A DNA stretch of 63,903 nucleotides, counting the filler, from Reclinomonas americana ATCC 50394 (taxonomy: Eukaryota): the NCBI GenBank assembly GCA_048213135.1. It is 28 parts of 28 records of this genome, joined end to end, with 100 filler letters (N's around TTAATTAATTAA, not from the genome) between each part and the next. Parts side by side here need not be neighbours in the genome. Positions count along the whole stretch, not along the records: positions 46,231 to 48,769 come from AFZH01023168.1; positions 48,870 to 50,011 come from AFZH01023170.1; positions 50,112 to 53,112 come from AFZH01023171.1; positions 53,213 to 54,307 come from AFZH01023172.1; positions 54,408 to 56,510 come from AFZH01023173.1; 23 more parts are not named here. The stretch is one strand, 5' to 3'. This document shows, one piece after another, positions 46,295-55,582 of the stretch (position 1 is its first letter; each line of letters begins with the position of its first letter). The notes beneath the pieces are model-generated. The model did no database searches. It was given only the letters and a program-made list of their open reading frames with translations, and was not told where the DNA came from. Made by a program: the position numbers and the translations under genes.

Positions 46295-47068
46295 ATGACG
46301 GCCCGACTCGCCGACAAGATCATCATCGTCACCGGTGCCGGCTCTGGCATCGGACGAGGCACCGCCCTCCGACTGCTCGATGAAGGCGCGAACGTCGCCG
46401 CGCTCGACCTGCGCGAAGAAGACCTCGCTCACCTCGTCGATGCGGCACCGGAAGACGCGCGCTCGCGACTCCTCATCCACCGCGTCGACATCGCGGACGA
46501 GGAGTCCGTCCGCACCGCGGTCGCAGACGTCGTCTCTCGCTTCGGACGACTCGACGCGATCGTGAACGCCGCGGGCATCCTCTACGGGGATCACACTCAC
46601 GAGATGACCCTCGACCGCTGGAACCGCCTGATTCAGGTGAACTTGACCGGCACGTTCCTCATGGTGCGAGAAAGCCTTCCCCACCTCTTGACGACGGCGA
46701 ACGGTGTCATCATCAACTTCGCTTCCACCTCGGCGTTCTTCGCGCACCCCTACATGGCCGCATATGCCGCGACCAAGGGGGCGATCGCGTCATTCACGCA
46801 CTCGGTCGCCCTCGAATACGCCAGGCAAGGACTTCGCGCAGTCAACATCGTGCCCGGAGGGATCACGAGCGGGATCACCAACACGACCCCGCAGAACCTG
46901 CCTGCAGACACGGACTGGACCTTGCTCGAGCACCTCGGCGCTCCGCTGAACGACGGACGAATGGGCAGGCCTGAAGACGTCGCAGGAGTCATCGCCATGC
47001 TGATCTCGGACGACGGCGCCTTCATCACCGGAACGGAGATCAGGATTGACGGCGGCGCGCACACTTAG
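46295..47068 (+). CDS. SDR family oxidoreductase
   Basis: TGAGSGIG, NAAG, YAATK catalytic motif and FITGTEIRIDGG. Confidence 0.95.
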   Translation: MTARLADKIIIVTGAGSGIGRGTALRLLDEGANVAALDLREEDLAHLVDAAPEDARSRLLIHRVDIADEESVRTAVADVVSRFGRLDAIVNAAGILYGDHTHEMTLDRWNRLIQVNLTGTFLMVRESLPHLLTTANGVIINFASTSAFFAHPYMAAYAATKGAIASFTHSVALEYARQGLRAVNIVPGGITSGITNTTPQNLPADTDWTLLEHLGAPLNDGRMGRPEDVAGVIAMLISDDGAFITGTEIRIDGGAHT

Positions 47069-47084
47069 ACGCCTCGGATGTCAT

Positions 47085-47192
47085 CCGGTCAGGCCTCGGA
47101 CGTCGTCATCAGGATGGGATGCGGTGACGCCTGCCCGTTCTTCCCTGGCAAGCGATACGAGGACTGGAAGCTCGACGACCCTGCCGGTCAGG
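47085..47192 (+). pseudogene. arsC: Internal remnant of an LMW-PTP-type arsenate reductase
   Basis: QASDVVIRMGCGDACPFFPGKRYEDWKLDDPAGQ. The N-terminal P-loop and C-terminal helix are absent. Confidence 0.8.
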
Positions 47193-47247
47193 ATCGAGCA
47201 GTTGGTGAGCGAGCTGGTCTGAATCCCACTCAGAACCAACTGAGACT

Positions 47248-47766
47248 TCAGCGGTTCTGATCAGTGCGCTCGAGAACGGCGGCGATTCCGTCGACGTCCT
47301 CGAGCGTGAGACCCACATGTTTGTTCGGCCGCACGACGAACGAGGGAACCTCGGTCATTCCCGTGAGCCGTCGTTCGGCATCGTCTGGCGCACGGTCGTC
47401 CGCCCAGGCGACGGCGGCTGGCTTCACGTCGCGCACGTATGAGATCAGGCTTTGCAGTCGCCAGCCCTGTTTCGGCCAGTTCTGCCAGGGCACGTAGGGG
47501 CCTGAAAGCTTGCCGCGAAGAGGTTCCTGGATGAGCCAAGCGACTTGATCGTGAGGCCACGTTGTCAGCCACGCAACGTCAACTTCAGTGCCCTCGACGA
47601 GCGCGTCGAGGGCATCGACCACGTCATCGTCAACGCTCATCCACGAACGCCAACCAGGCTCGTCTTGATGCAGAACGCGCTCCTCGTCTCCGTAGATCCG
47701 AGAAATAGTTCCGTCGACGTCGAGCACGAGAAGCCTACGTAGGCGTTGCCGAGCTGACGGTGGCAC
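47248..47766 (-). CDS. HAD-superfamily protein (HAD_SAK/RNA-repair-like type)
   Basis: LVLDVDGT, VAWLTTW, VAWADD and P...VGLT. Confidence 0.8.
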   Translation of the reverse strand: MPPSARQRLRRLLVLDVDGTISRIYGDEERVLHQDEPGWRSWMSVDDDVVDALDALVEGTEVDVAWLTTWPHDQVAWLIQEPLRGKLSGPYVPWQNWPKQGWRLQSLISYVRDVKPAAVAWADDRAPDDAERRLTGMTEVPSFVVRPNKHVGLTLEDVDGIAAVLERTDQNR

Positions 47767-47808
47767 GCTCTCGGCTCCTTTTGGTCATCGTGCGCCGGTC
47801 AAGACACT

Positions 47809-48519
47809 TTAAAGCGGAGCATCCCAGGTCGCGATCGTGAGCTCGACGCGCTCCTCCTCGGATGCGTTCACTGTAATACGGGCATAGTTCCCGGACTGCA
47901 GGCGGATGCAGACGCGTCCATCCAGGCGATGAGGCTCAATCGTCTTCGTCGGAGCGTAGCCGGTGGCAACGGCGCAGGTCTCGTATGAGGCTTCTCCTTC
48001 GGGAAGTCGGAGTACGTCGATACCCCATAGCGACGTGAGGACTCCGTTTGCGAATTGGAGGGTGTCCTTCTGGATCCGATCAGCACCGTTTCCGAAGTTG
48101 GGGAGCGTCGAGTTCAGGTCGACCGAATCGCCGCCGGCGGCCAAAGTCACGGTGCCGATGTTGCGTGCATCAGGAACCTGCTCCGGCGGGATGCTCGGCG
48201 GGAGCGCGGCGAGGAGTTCGCGGTTCTCTGCGCGGAGGTCCTCGACGATCTCCTCGCGATCAGTGAGCAACGCCTCGGCGGTCGCCACATCTTGGTGCAG
48301 CCCATTGATCGTGGCGTTGAGATGCGCGACGTCTGAGTTCAAGCTTGTCACCCATACCCCGAGCGCGACGCTCACGATCGGCGCAACTACGGCTAGCGAG
48401 TTCGCGATCACGCCGAGCACGCTGGAATGCCGGCCCAATCGGAGATTGCCGCGCTCGACACGTAAAGGATTGAAAGAAGTCTCAGGCATGAATCGCATAC
48501 TGGATCCTGCCACCGACAT
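47809..48519 (-). CDS. Hypothetical membrane-anchored coiled-coil protein
   Basis: One TM segment, a heptad-like stretch and a beta-rich C-terminal region with a Cys pair. Confidence 0.6.
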   Translation of the reverse strand: MSVAGSSMRFMPETSFNPLRVERGNLRLGRHSSVLGVIANSLAVVAPIVSVALGVWVTSLNSDVAHLNATINGLHQDVATAEALLTDREEIVEDLRAENRELLAALPPSIPPEQVPDARNIGTVTLAAGGDSVDLNSTLPNFGNGADRIQKDTLQFANGVLTSLWGIDVLRLPEGEASYETCAVATGYAPTKTIEPHRLDGRVCIRLQSGNYARITVNASEEERVELTIATWDAPL

Positions 48520-48653
48520 CGTGACTGTCCCCGCTGACCGCCCGCGTGGTAATCAACTCATGGACACCGCCGCGTGCACCTAGTCCGCACCAAGGCATTG
48601 CTCACACAACCGCTCGGGCCCGCCAGGATGGCGCAAGATGTAGACGGGAGGCG

Positions 48654-48769
48654 ATGCCGATGAATCTCTACCTCGTAAGGAACCCCGACGGCGTGCCTGT
48701 CTGGGTGGCACTCGAAGATGACCAGAAGCGCCTGTACTCGTACGTGCAAAACACCGGGAAGTTTCATCT
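48654..48769 (+). CDS. Hypothetical protein, 3' partial
   Basis: GGAGG RBS, then MPMNLYLVRNPDGVPVWVALEDDQKRLYSYVQNTGKFH to the contig end. Confidence 0.5.
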
Positions 48770-48871
48770 NNNNNNNNNNNNNNNNNNNNNNNNNNNNNNN
48801 NNNNNNNNNNNNNTTAATTAATTAANNNNNNNNNNNNNNNNNNNNNNNNNNNNNNNNNNNNNNNNNNNNCT

Positions 48872-49369
48872 ATTCAACCGCGGTACGCGCGCGAGCTCCT
48901 CGGGTTCAATGACACGCTGATCCAGCTACGCGAACGGCCTGCGCTGGGGCTCGCCCGCGAGTTCGTCTATTTCGCTGCACCGAAGATGAGACACTGGGAC
49001 ATCCCGACTCGCGTGCTTTGGTATGTGACCAAAGATCCCAGGGCGCGAGAGAGCAGCGCCGTCCGAGCTGTGGTGGCACACTCCCGCGTACTCGATGCTG
49101 AAGTACTGGACGTCCAGGACGCGGCTGAGAAGTATCGATCACTCGGCGTCCTGCACCGAGACGAGATTCAAGGTCATGCGATTGACGGAAAGGTGCTTGT
49201 GCTGAGGTTCGAGGACACGCAGGTGCTTGACCAGCCCGTCGGCAAGCGCTCGTTCGACGCTCTGCTCCGCAAGCACGGAATCACGACGTCGCTACTCACA
49301 ACGCGTACCGGAGCTCCGGGTCTTTTCGACGACATCATCCGCACGCAGCCAGGATGGGACGCCAGATGA
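48872..49369 (+). CDS. C-terminal PUA/ASCH-like domain of a larger protein (likely GNAT-associated), 5' partial
   Basis: Open from the contig start: IQPRYARELLG...LGLAREFVYF...RVLWYVT...AVVAHS. Coupled (ATGA) to the ASCH gene. Confidence 0.6.
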   Translation: MQPRYARELLGFNDTLIQLRERPALGLAREFVYFAAPKMRHWDIPTRVLWYVTKDPRARESSAVRAVVAHSRVLDAEVLDVQDAAEKYRSLGVLHRDEIQGHAIDGKVLVLRFEDTQVLDQPVGKRSFDALLRKHGITTSLLTTRTGAPGLFDDIIRTQPGWDAR

Positions 49370-49819
49370 AGAGGGCGCTGCTGATCTCAGTGAAACCGCG
49401 CTACGCGCGCGCGATTCTCGAAGGACGGAAAAACCGTCGAAGTGCGACGGAGATTCCCAGAGGTGCCACCCGGCACCACAGTTGTTCTGTACTCCAGTTC
49501 CCCGGAGAGAGCTGTTCTGGGAACGGTGCGCCTCGAACAGACAATCACAGTTCCTTCCGATCGCGTGTGGGAGATGCACTCCAGCGCGATCGACATCGCC
49601 GAAGACGCGCTCGGCGAGTACCTTGAGGGCGCTGAAGACTCCACTCTGCTTGAAGTGGAGGACCCGCAAACGTGGGCACGCCCTGTCTCGTTGACGTCCT
49701 TGCGGGCTCTCCTCGGCCTTGAGCCACCTCAGAGCTTCCGCTATCTCGACGCGGATCAGGTGGCTCTAATCGCGACGAGCGGTGCGAACTCGACGCACTC
49801 GACGGGCCCGTCACAGTAA
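49366..49819 (+). CDS. ASCH domain protein with one extra A at 49429-49433
   Basis: LLISVKPRYARAILEGRK / TVEVRR (GxKxxExR motif split by the frameshift), VVLYSSSP and PPQSFRY. Confidence 0.85.
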
Positions 49820-50309
49820 CGGTTCGCTAGATTCTCCGACGCACTCTCGCTACTCGGCGCGTGGCGATGCACCAGTCCTCCGGCGGTTCTGCACACGGCT
49901 CGACCCGATCGCCCTTCGATTCAGCGCCGCGTGACGCCGTTGAGGAGACAGTGCGAGGATGCGAGGGTGGATCAGCTTCCTATGCCGTTGAAATCGGTCA
50001 ACGTTTGCGAGNNNNNNNNNNNNNNNNNNNNNNNNNNNNNNNNNNNNNNNNNNNNTTAATTAATTAANNNNNNNNNNNNNNNNNNNNNNNNNNNNNNNNN
50101 NNNNNNNNNNNAGCCGCGATGCGATGCGATGTTCTTACTGATGGCGGGGCCCGATCAACAACTCTGCACAGATCGCTCCGCTCATCATTGAGCTGCCGTT
50201 CGAGGTACCGCTTCCCGGTGAGTACGACGACATGGTCGCCAGACTGCAGGCCGCCGCGGTTTGTGTCGAGAAGACTGAAACCGCAAAGGCGGGCCATCGG
50301 CGCAGATTC

Positions 50310-50413
50310 TGACAACTCGGATGAGACGCATAGGGGCCGGCGCGTGCTTGAGATTTCGCGTGATTCCGGCTCAGTCGCGTCTCACCTCATGACAACTCCA
50401 GTGAGATCGGACA
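50310..50413 (-). mobile_element. Candidate Tn7-like transposon end
   Basis: Direct repeats TGACAACTCGGATGAGAC (50310) and TGACAACTCCAGTGAGAT (50390), and an inverted partial GCGTCTCA near 50377. The minus strand from 50413 reads TGT-CCGATCTCACTGGAGTTGTCA. Confidence 0.6.
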
Positions 50414-50429
50414 GTACGGTCCTTGTCGT

Positions 50430-50936
50430 CTACGGATTCCGGGATGCCAGCAACCATTCGACCGCTTCCTCCACCGTCATCTCGGTTCTCGTGCCGCCGG
50501 GGCTCAGCCGGGAGCCGAACAGCACGCGATGGTCGTAGCGGCTGCAGTTCTTGCGGAGAAGCTCGTAGTAGTAGTCGTCGAGATAGAGCTCGAACTCTTC
50601 GGCGAAGGAACCTGAGCGCGGCAGCCGGGGCGTCTTCAGCCAGTGCACGATGGCACGGATATCGTCGCTTCCGAGTGAGACGGTCGGGGGAGCCGGAAGC
50701 GACAGGCGGAAGGCCAGCACCTCGGCGCCTTCGCCTTCCCACCATTCCGCGAGGTTGAACGAGCTGGTGTCTTTTCCTGTCAGCTGTCGGATCCGGGCCG
50801 ACATCGACTCGTACACGGATCCGTTCTCGTCGCCGTGCTCATCAACGAATCGCGCGTACGCGTGCAACTCGTGCAGCACAGCGTCGTACCGAGCTTCGGC
50901 GGTCTCGAGGTCTGGTCGAAGCGGGCGCGGGATCAC
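50430..50936 (-). CDS. Hypothetical acidic protein (possibly an immunity-type protein)
   Basis: Clean 168-aa ORF with LTGKD...NLAEWWEGEGAEVLAFRLSLP. Function not established. Confidence 0.6.
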   Translation of the reverse strand: MIPRPLRPDLETAEARYDAVLHELHAYARFVDEHGDENGSVYESMSARIRQLTGKDTSSFNLAEWWEGEGAEVLAFRLSLPAPPTVSLGSDDIRAIVHWLKTPRLPRSGSFAEEFELYLDDYYYELLRKNCSRYDHRVLFGSRLSPGGTRTEMTVEEAVEWLLASRNP

Positions 50937-50996
50937 ACGGTCATGATATGGCGCGGTGCATCCAGCCGGCCGCCCAGCCGGTCCTAGATTGGACGG

Positions 50997-51911
50997 GTGA
51001 ACGAAGCAGATCGCGTGAAGCTCATCGCCGCTTCGTCAGGCATCTCCGTTCGCACCGTGACGATGCTTCCCGGTGGCAACGAGAACTTCGTGGCTCGGGT
51101 TCAGGGCGAGAACCACGACGTTGTCGTTCGTTTCGCGCGGGATCCATCGCAGATGGTCGATCCCTTCGACATCGAGCTCTGGGCGTTGGAGGCCGCAGCG
51201 GAGGTCGGGATACACACCTCTGCCGTCGTAGCCCGAGGTCGAGCCGCCGACATGTCGTATCTCGTGGTGGAGTACATCGCCGGTATGACCGCCTCCCCGG
51301 ATGACCTGGAAGCCTGGCACGCGATCGGTACCTCGTTGCGGGCGCTCTCCAGGGTCGATACGGCGACCGCCCCCAGCACGTTGTTCTCGCGGTTCGGGCG
51401 CGACCTGGACGCCGCGTGGCGCGCGCATGTCTCCTACAACCTCGCCATGCTCACCGACGAAGACCCGCTGATCCAGCTCGGGGTGTACCGGCGGAGCGAC
51501 CAGGAGACCATCCGTGCGATGCTCTCCTCGCAGCTGGATCGCGCGCTTCCCCAAGGCCTCATCCATGGCGACTTGTCGACACGGAACGTCGTAGCGGGCG
51601 TCCGATATGCGGTCATCGATTGGGGCGCCGCGCATGCAGGACCGGTTCCCTGGGGGGACCTCGATGTCCTGCACCGGTGGCACGTGATGGAGTCCCGGCA
51701 ATCCCCTGTCTCGGCAGCCGCGTGGGCCGAGGTGCTCCGCGGCGCCGGAATCGATCCTGAGACCGCGAGACCCGTGCTCTGGGAACTCGCGGTACTCGGG
51801 GCGTTGGACGTCGTCAGATGGGCACGCGAACAGCGTCCGGACCGCCTGGACGAGTTACGAGAATCCTCCCGCCGCGTCATCGATCGGATGCTGATGGCAC
51901 GGGACGCATGA
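50997..51911 (+). CDS. Aminoglycoside phosphotransferase/choline kinase-like protein
   Basis: GGNEN glycine loop, VVRF, HGDLSTRN and IDWG. Confidence 0.85.
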   Translation: MNEADRVKLIAASSGISVRTVTMLPGGNENFVARVQGENHDVVVRFARDPSQMVDPFDIELWALEAAAEVGIHTSAVVARGRAADMSYLVVEYIAGMTASPDDLEAWHAIGTSLRALSRVDTATAPSTLFSRFGRDLDAAWRAHVSYNLAMLTDEDPLIQLGVYRRSDQETIRAMLSSQLDRALPQGLIHGDLSTRNVVAGVRYAVIDWGAAHAGPVPWGDLDVLHRWHVMESRQSPVSAAAWAEVLRGAGIDPETARPVLWELAVLGALDVVRWAREQRPDRLDELRESSRRVIDRMLMARDA

Positions 51912-51932
51912 TGCTTCCCGCCGAGCGGCAGG

Positions 51933-52133
51933 TCAGTGACGAAGCGAGCGGATCGCAGCGATGAGTATCCCGAATGCGAAGACGGGGACAGCGCCGAATA
52001 CCGAGCGCCAGTTGCCGCTGCTCATCGGAAGCGCGGTCGCCACCAGCAGTCCGATCACGAAGATCGCGATGATGATGACGCGCCACAGCGTGTCCGTCTT
52101 GGTTCTGGCCCTGGGCTGAATCGGTTCGGTCAT
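51933..52133 (-). CDS. Small two-TM membrane protein
   Basis: 66 aa with two hydrophobic segments. GAGGA RBS. Confidence 0.55.
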   Translation of the reverse strand: MTEPIQPRARTKTDTLWRVIIIAIFVIGLLVATALPMSSGNWRSVFGAVPVFAFGILIAAIRSLRH

Positions 52134-52196
52134 GAATGCGTCCTCGCTCCGGTCGTTTCCTCCACGGTATCGACCCGGCTCGGGCGATCGAGCCCT

Positions 52197-52687
52197 CTAC
52201 CGAACGTGTCGCACCTCACGGTCCGCACCGGTCGTCGGCACCGTGATCGCTGCCGTCCGCGGCCACGTCCATGCCCACTTGAGGATGAAGACGAGAACGA
52301 TCAGCTCCAGGGCGACGCCGAGAACGTAGAAGGCCAACCACGACCCGCCCACTTCACCGACCGCGTTGAAGGCCGCGAACGGGACCTGTATCGCGGCCAC
52401 GATGAGGTTGGCGATGCGGGCGGCCCGGGCGGGCAGTGCGACCGACAGCACGACCATGAGGATCGGGATCGCCAGGAGGCTCAGCGCGGTGATCGCCCAG
52501 GTCTGGGTGATGTCGAACTGCCAGACGATCCCGACGAGGATGTCGTCGACGACGCCGGGTTTGTAGAAGGCGAGGATGTCCACGTAGATGTACAGGAACA
52601 TGAAGCTCGCCCAGGCGGCGGCGAGTTTGACTCGCACCGGCATCCGCTGCTCTTCGAGTGCCGTGGTGGTGGGGCGCGTGTTCTCAT
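52197..52687 (-). CDS. DUF6326-like four-TM membrane protein (one-base frame break near the start)
   Basis: KLAAAWASFMFLYIYVDIL...AWTWP. The AAGGAG-ATG at 52687 is out of frame by one base. Confidence 0.7.
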
Positions 52688-52712
52688 CTGGTGCTCCTTT
52701 GTCGGGTGTGGA

Positions 52713-53112
52713 TCAGGAAAGCGGGTCGACGTGGGCGATGCGCAGCACGACGTTGCCTCGCGTGCGCCCGGTGTCGACGTAGCGGTGCGCCTCGACGATG
52801 TCGGCCAGGTCGAAGGTGCGGTCGATGACGGGCCGGTAGTGACCGGAGTCGGCCAGGGCGACGAGGTAGGCGAGCTCGTCGGCGCCGGGCTTGCCGACGT
52901 TCCAGGTGACGAGTTTTCCCGATCGGCGGGTCTGCCAGCGGCTTCGCAGCATCGACCACAGGTCGCTGATGACGAGCAGCAGCGACCCGCCGGGAGCGAT
53001 CGATCCCTCGACGCGGCCGAATCCGGCATTGCCGACGCCGTCGACGATCACGTCGTAGGTCTCGTCGCCCGCGGTGAAGTCCTGTCGGGTGTAGTCGATG
53101 ACGCGGTCGGCG
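52713..53112 (-). CDS. NAD(P)-dependent MDR-family dehydrogenase, 5' partial
   Basis: ADRVIDYTRQDF, YDVIVDGVG and RPVIDRTFDLADIVEAHRYVDTGRTRGNVV. Confidence 0.88.
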
Positions 53113-53357
53113 NNNNNNNNNNNNNNNNNNNNNNNNNNNNNNNNNNNNNNNNNNNNTTAATTAATTAANNNNNNNNNNNNNNNNNNNNNNNNNNNNNNNN
53201 NNNNNNNNNNNNCGATCCGCTGCGTGGTGCTCATCCGATCACTCAAGCACCTCGTTCCCTGTTTCGGCAACGGAATTCCCACTACCGTGCCGCCGCCTGC
53301 CACGGTGGTGCCTGCGCCGCTGAAGCCGCGCGCAGTCACCCGATCGAAGGACAGACC

Positions 53358-53624
53358 ATGTCGAACCCTCAGCCCGCCACACGCCCCGCCGACCATGCCA
53401 TCACGAAGCCTCCGTCCGTGCATGTCCGCGCCGTGATCACCTGGCTCGCGATCTTCCCGCTCGTGACGCTCGGCTTCTTCGCGATCGCACCGTTCTCCGA
53501 GGGATGGAACCCCGTGCTCCGCGCGTTCGTCCTCACGATCGTGGTCGTTCCCGTCGCGGTCTACCTCGTGGTCCCGCAGCTGATGCGCCTGTACGCATCA
53601 CTGCAGGCCGGCATCCGACGCTGA
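53358..53624 (+). CDS. Small two-TM membrane protein
   Basis: PPSVHVRAVITWLAIFPLVT...VVPVAVYLVVP. GAAGGA RBS. Confidence 0.7.
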   Translation: MSNPQPATRPADHAITKPPSVHVRAVITWLAIFPLVTLGFFAIAPFSEGWNPVLRAFVLTIVVVPVAVYLVVPQLMRLYASLQAGIRR

Positions 53625-53708
53625 CGTTCGTGCGGCGTCTCGCGCACGGGGATGCGCGGAGCAGGCGCGTTCGGCGCCGCTAGTGGACTGCGCCCGGCGG
53701 AGATCCCG

Positions 53709-53933
53709 TCAGAGCAGCATCGCCTCGCTCAGGGGCACGCCGCTCCACTTCACGATCCCGAGACCCACGAGACACACTCCCGCGGTGACGGCCAGCAGGA
53801 TCCATGACGGCTGAGATCCGGTCGCGAGGAGCCAGACGCCCACCGCGCCGAAGAGGATGCTGAAGCACAGGCCGCCCCAGAACAGCAGGGCGCCGACGAG
53901 TCCGAGGAGGGGACGGGGTTCCGGGCGGCTCAT
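53709..53933 (-). CDS. Small two-TM membrane protein
   Basis: 74-aa hydrophobic ORF with GGAGG RBS. Confidence 0.65.
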   Translation of the reverse strand: MSRPEPRPLLGLVGALLFWGGLCFSILFGAVGVWLLATGSQPSWILLAVTAGVCLVGLGIVKWSGVPLSEAMLL

Positions 53934-53972
53934 CCCTCCACGATATCGGCTGACACCGAGCAGAATAGCTGC

Positions 53973-54914
53973 ATGCTCTCCGTCCGCGTCAGCGTCACCC
54001 AGGCTCTCTCTGATCAGGCGCAGGAGACTCTTTCAGGAGACCCCACGGTCTGTGGGCTGGCCGTCCTCCCCGGGGCCGCGATGGACGGACGCGGTGACGT
54101 GATCCTGTTCGAGATGACCAGGGAGAACGCGAACAACATCATGCGCTCGCTGCGGCACCTCGGCATCCCCGCCGAGGGCGCCATCGTCGTCTCGGAACCT
54201 CTGGTCGTGGTCTCCGATGCCGCCGACCGGGCTGAGACTCTCGCGCCCGGACACCCCGCCGACGGCGTGCTCTGGGCTCAGCTCGCCGGCAAGGCGGAGG
54301 AAGATGCNNNNNNNNNNNNNNNNNNNNNNNNNNNNNNNNNNNNNNNNNNNNTTAATTAATTAANNNNNNNNNNNNNNNNNNNNNNNNNNNNNNNNNNNNN
54401 NNNNNNNTCGGAACGCTCCTCGGGGGCGTTTGCCGCGTGCGCCGCCATCGCCTGGGCGATCTGGGCGATTCTCTACTCGACGGGCGTGATCACGTACGAG
54501 CAGGCGACCACCGGCCCCGCGACGGAGTTCATCGTCGCTCCGGACGCCTGGTCGTTCGTCATCGCGATCCTCGCGGGCATCGCCGGCGTGCTCTCGCTCA
54601 CCACGGCCAAGTCGTCGGCCCTCGTCGGGGTGTTCATCTCGATCACGACGGTGCCGGCGGTCGGAACCATCGGGCTCACGCTCGCCGTCGGCGCCTGGGA
54701 CGAGGCGCGCGGCTCCGCGATCCAGCTGCTCGTCAATCTCGCCGGTCTCCTGATCGCCGGTATCGCGACGCTGTACGTGCAGCTCATCACCGGCCGTCGG
54801 CAGGGTCGACGAGCCGCCCGCCTCCGCAGGACGCGTCAGCGGAGAAGCACCACTCGTCTGCGGATGCTCAGCATCGAAGATGACGGGCATCCGTCCCCAC
54901 CGCGTCAGGAGTAG
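53973..54914 (+). CDS. DUF389-like membrane protein (spans an assembly gap)
   Basis: Soluble N-terminus 53973-54307. C-terminal IAILAGIAGVLSLTTAKSSALVGVFISITTVPA...QLLVNL. Confidence 0.8.
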
Positions 54915-55012
54915 TTCGCTCTCCGCAACGGCGTCGCCTTCTCGCATGGAAACGGGGCGGGGCCGTATGGGTTCCGTCTGCATCCGCGCATCCGAGGTCC
55001 GCGCGGAGGAAT

Positions 55013-55570
55013 GTGGGGGACATGTCCCTCGTCCATCGTCCTCGATTCACAGCCTCCACCCCTGCCGTCCCCGCCGCGAGCCTGTCGGTGCCGCGTTGGG
55101 GCCATGTCTCACGCACGGTGAGCCACTACGGCACGGTCGCGTCCGTGCTCGCCATCTATCCGCCGGACTCCACCGATGCGGAGCGGCACCTCGCCGAGGC
55201 CAACCGCTTCTTCACGCCGCTCGCGCTCGGCGGTGGCGTCGTCGTCTGGGTGGGCCTCTGCGCCGTCGGAGTGCCACCGCTGCTCGCCGCGCTGGTGCTC
55301 GCGGCAGCACTCCTCCCGATCGGCATCTCGCTCTCGCGCCGTGCGCGCGGCATCCGTCAGCGCACCGTGACGCTGGCAGCGAGCCGGTCCGGCCTGCATG
55401 AGGAGACCGCCGAGGAGCGTTCACATCAGCGCCGGCTCGACACGATCGCGGAAGCTCTGCAGGATGCCGCCTTCGCCTGCAGACACGGCGTGATCAGTCG
55501 ACGGGAGTTCGACCGCGCCTGGCGAGCGGCGTACGCGCACGCCGGCGGACGACTGACATCGGGCCGGTGA
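55013..55570 (+). CDS. Hypothetical membrane protein
   Basis: RWG...HYG...LAIYPP, two TM segments and a C-terminal ISRREFDRAW. Confidence 0.65.
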   Translation: MGDMSLVHRPRFTASTPAVPAASLSVPRWGHVSRTVSHYGTVASVLAIYPPDSTDAERHLAEANRFFTPLALGGGVVVWVGLCAVGVPPLLAALVLAAALLPIGISLSRRARGIRQRTVTLAASRSGLHEETAEERSHQRRLDTIAEALQDAAFACRHGVISRREFDRAWRAAYAHAGGRLTSGR

Positions 55571-55582
55571 CGAGGACATCCG

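Larger units (their letters stand above)
32824..50413 (+). mobile_element. Tn7-like transposon (tnsA-tnsB-tnsC-tniQ-tniQ plus cargo); tns-proximal end lies outside the contig
   Basis: Translationally coupled core operon at 32824-37443. Candidate terminal sequence with repeated TnsB-type sites and ACA at 50310-50413. Continuity across spacers is inferred. Confidence 0.65.

Noticed and set aside
47228..47248. CAGAACCAACTGAGAC as a further TnsB site or internal end
   Set aside because: Single weak match with different spacing and no adjacent terminal TGT/ACA.
49429..49433. Programmed frameshift or pseudogenisation of the ASCH gene (also breaks near 20270, 22286, 31240 and 52670)
   Set aside because: Single-base indels at or near short homopolymers occur in several unrelated genes, which fits pyrosequencing error. 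Read-level data would be needed to claim otherwise.
49951..50312. Possible second XRE-like gene spanning the 50012-50111 gap (GAGGAG RBS, ...YAVEIGQRLR)
   Set aside because: Only about 20 codons are visible before the gap and the far side has no clean frame, so it cannot be supported.
32824..50413. CRISPR-associated transposon (CAST)
   Set aside because: No cas genes or repeat-spacer array are visible in the sequenced parts. The gaps cannot be excluded.
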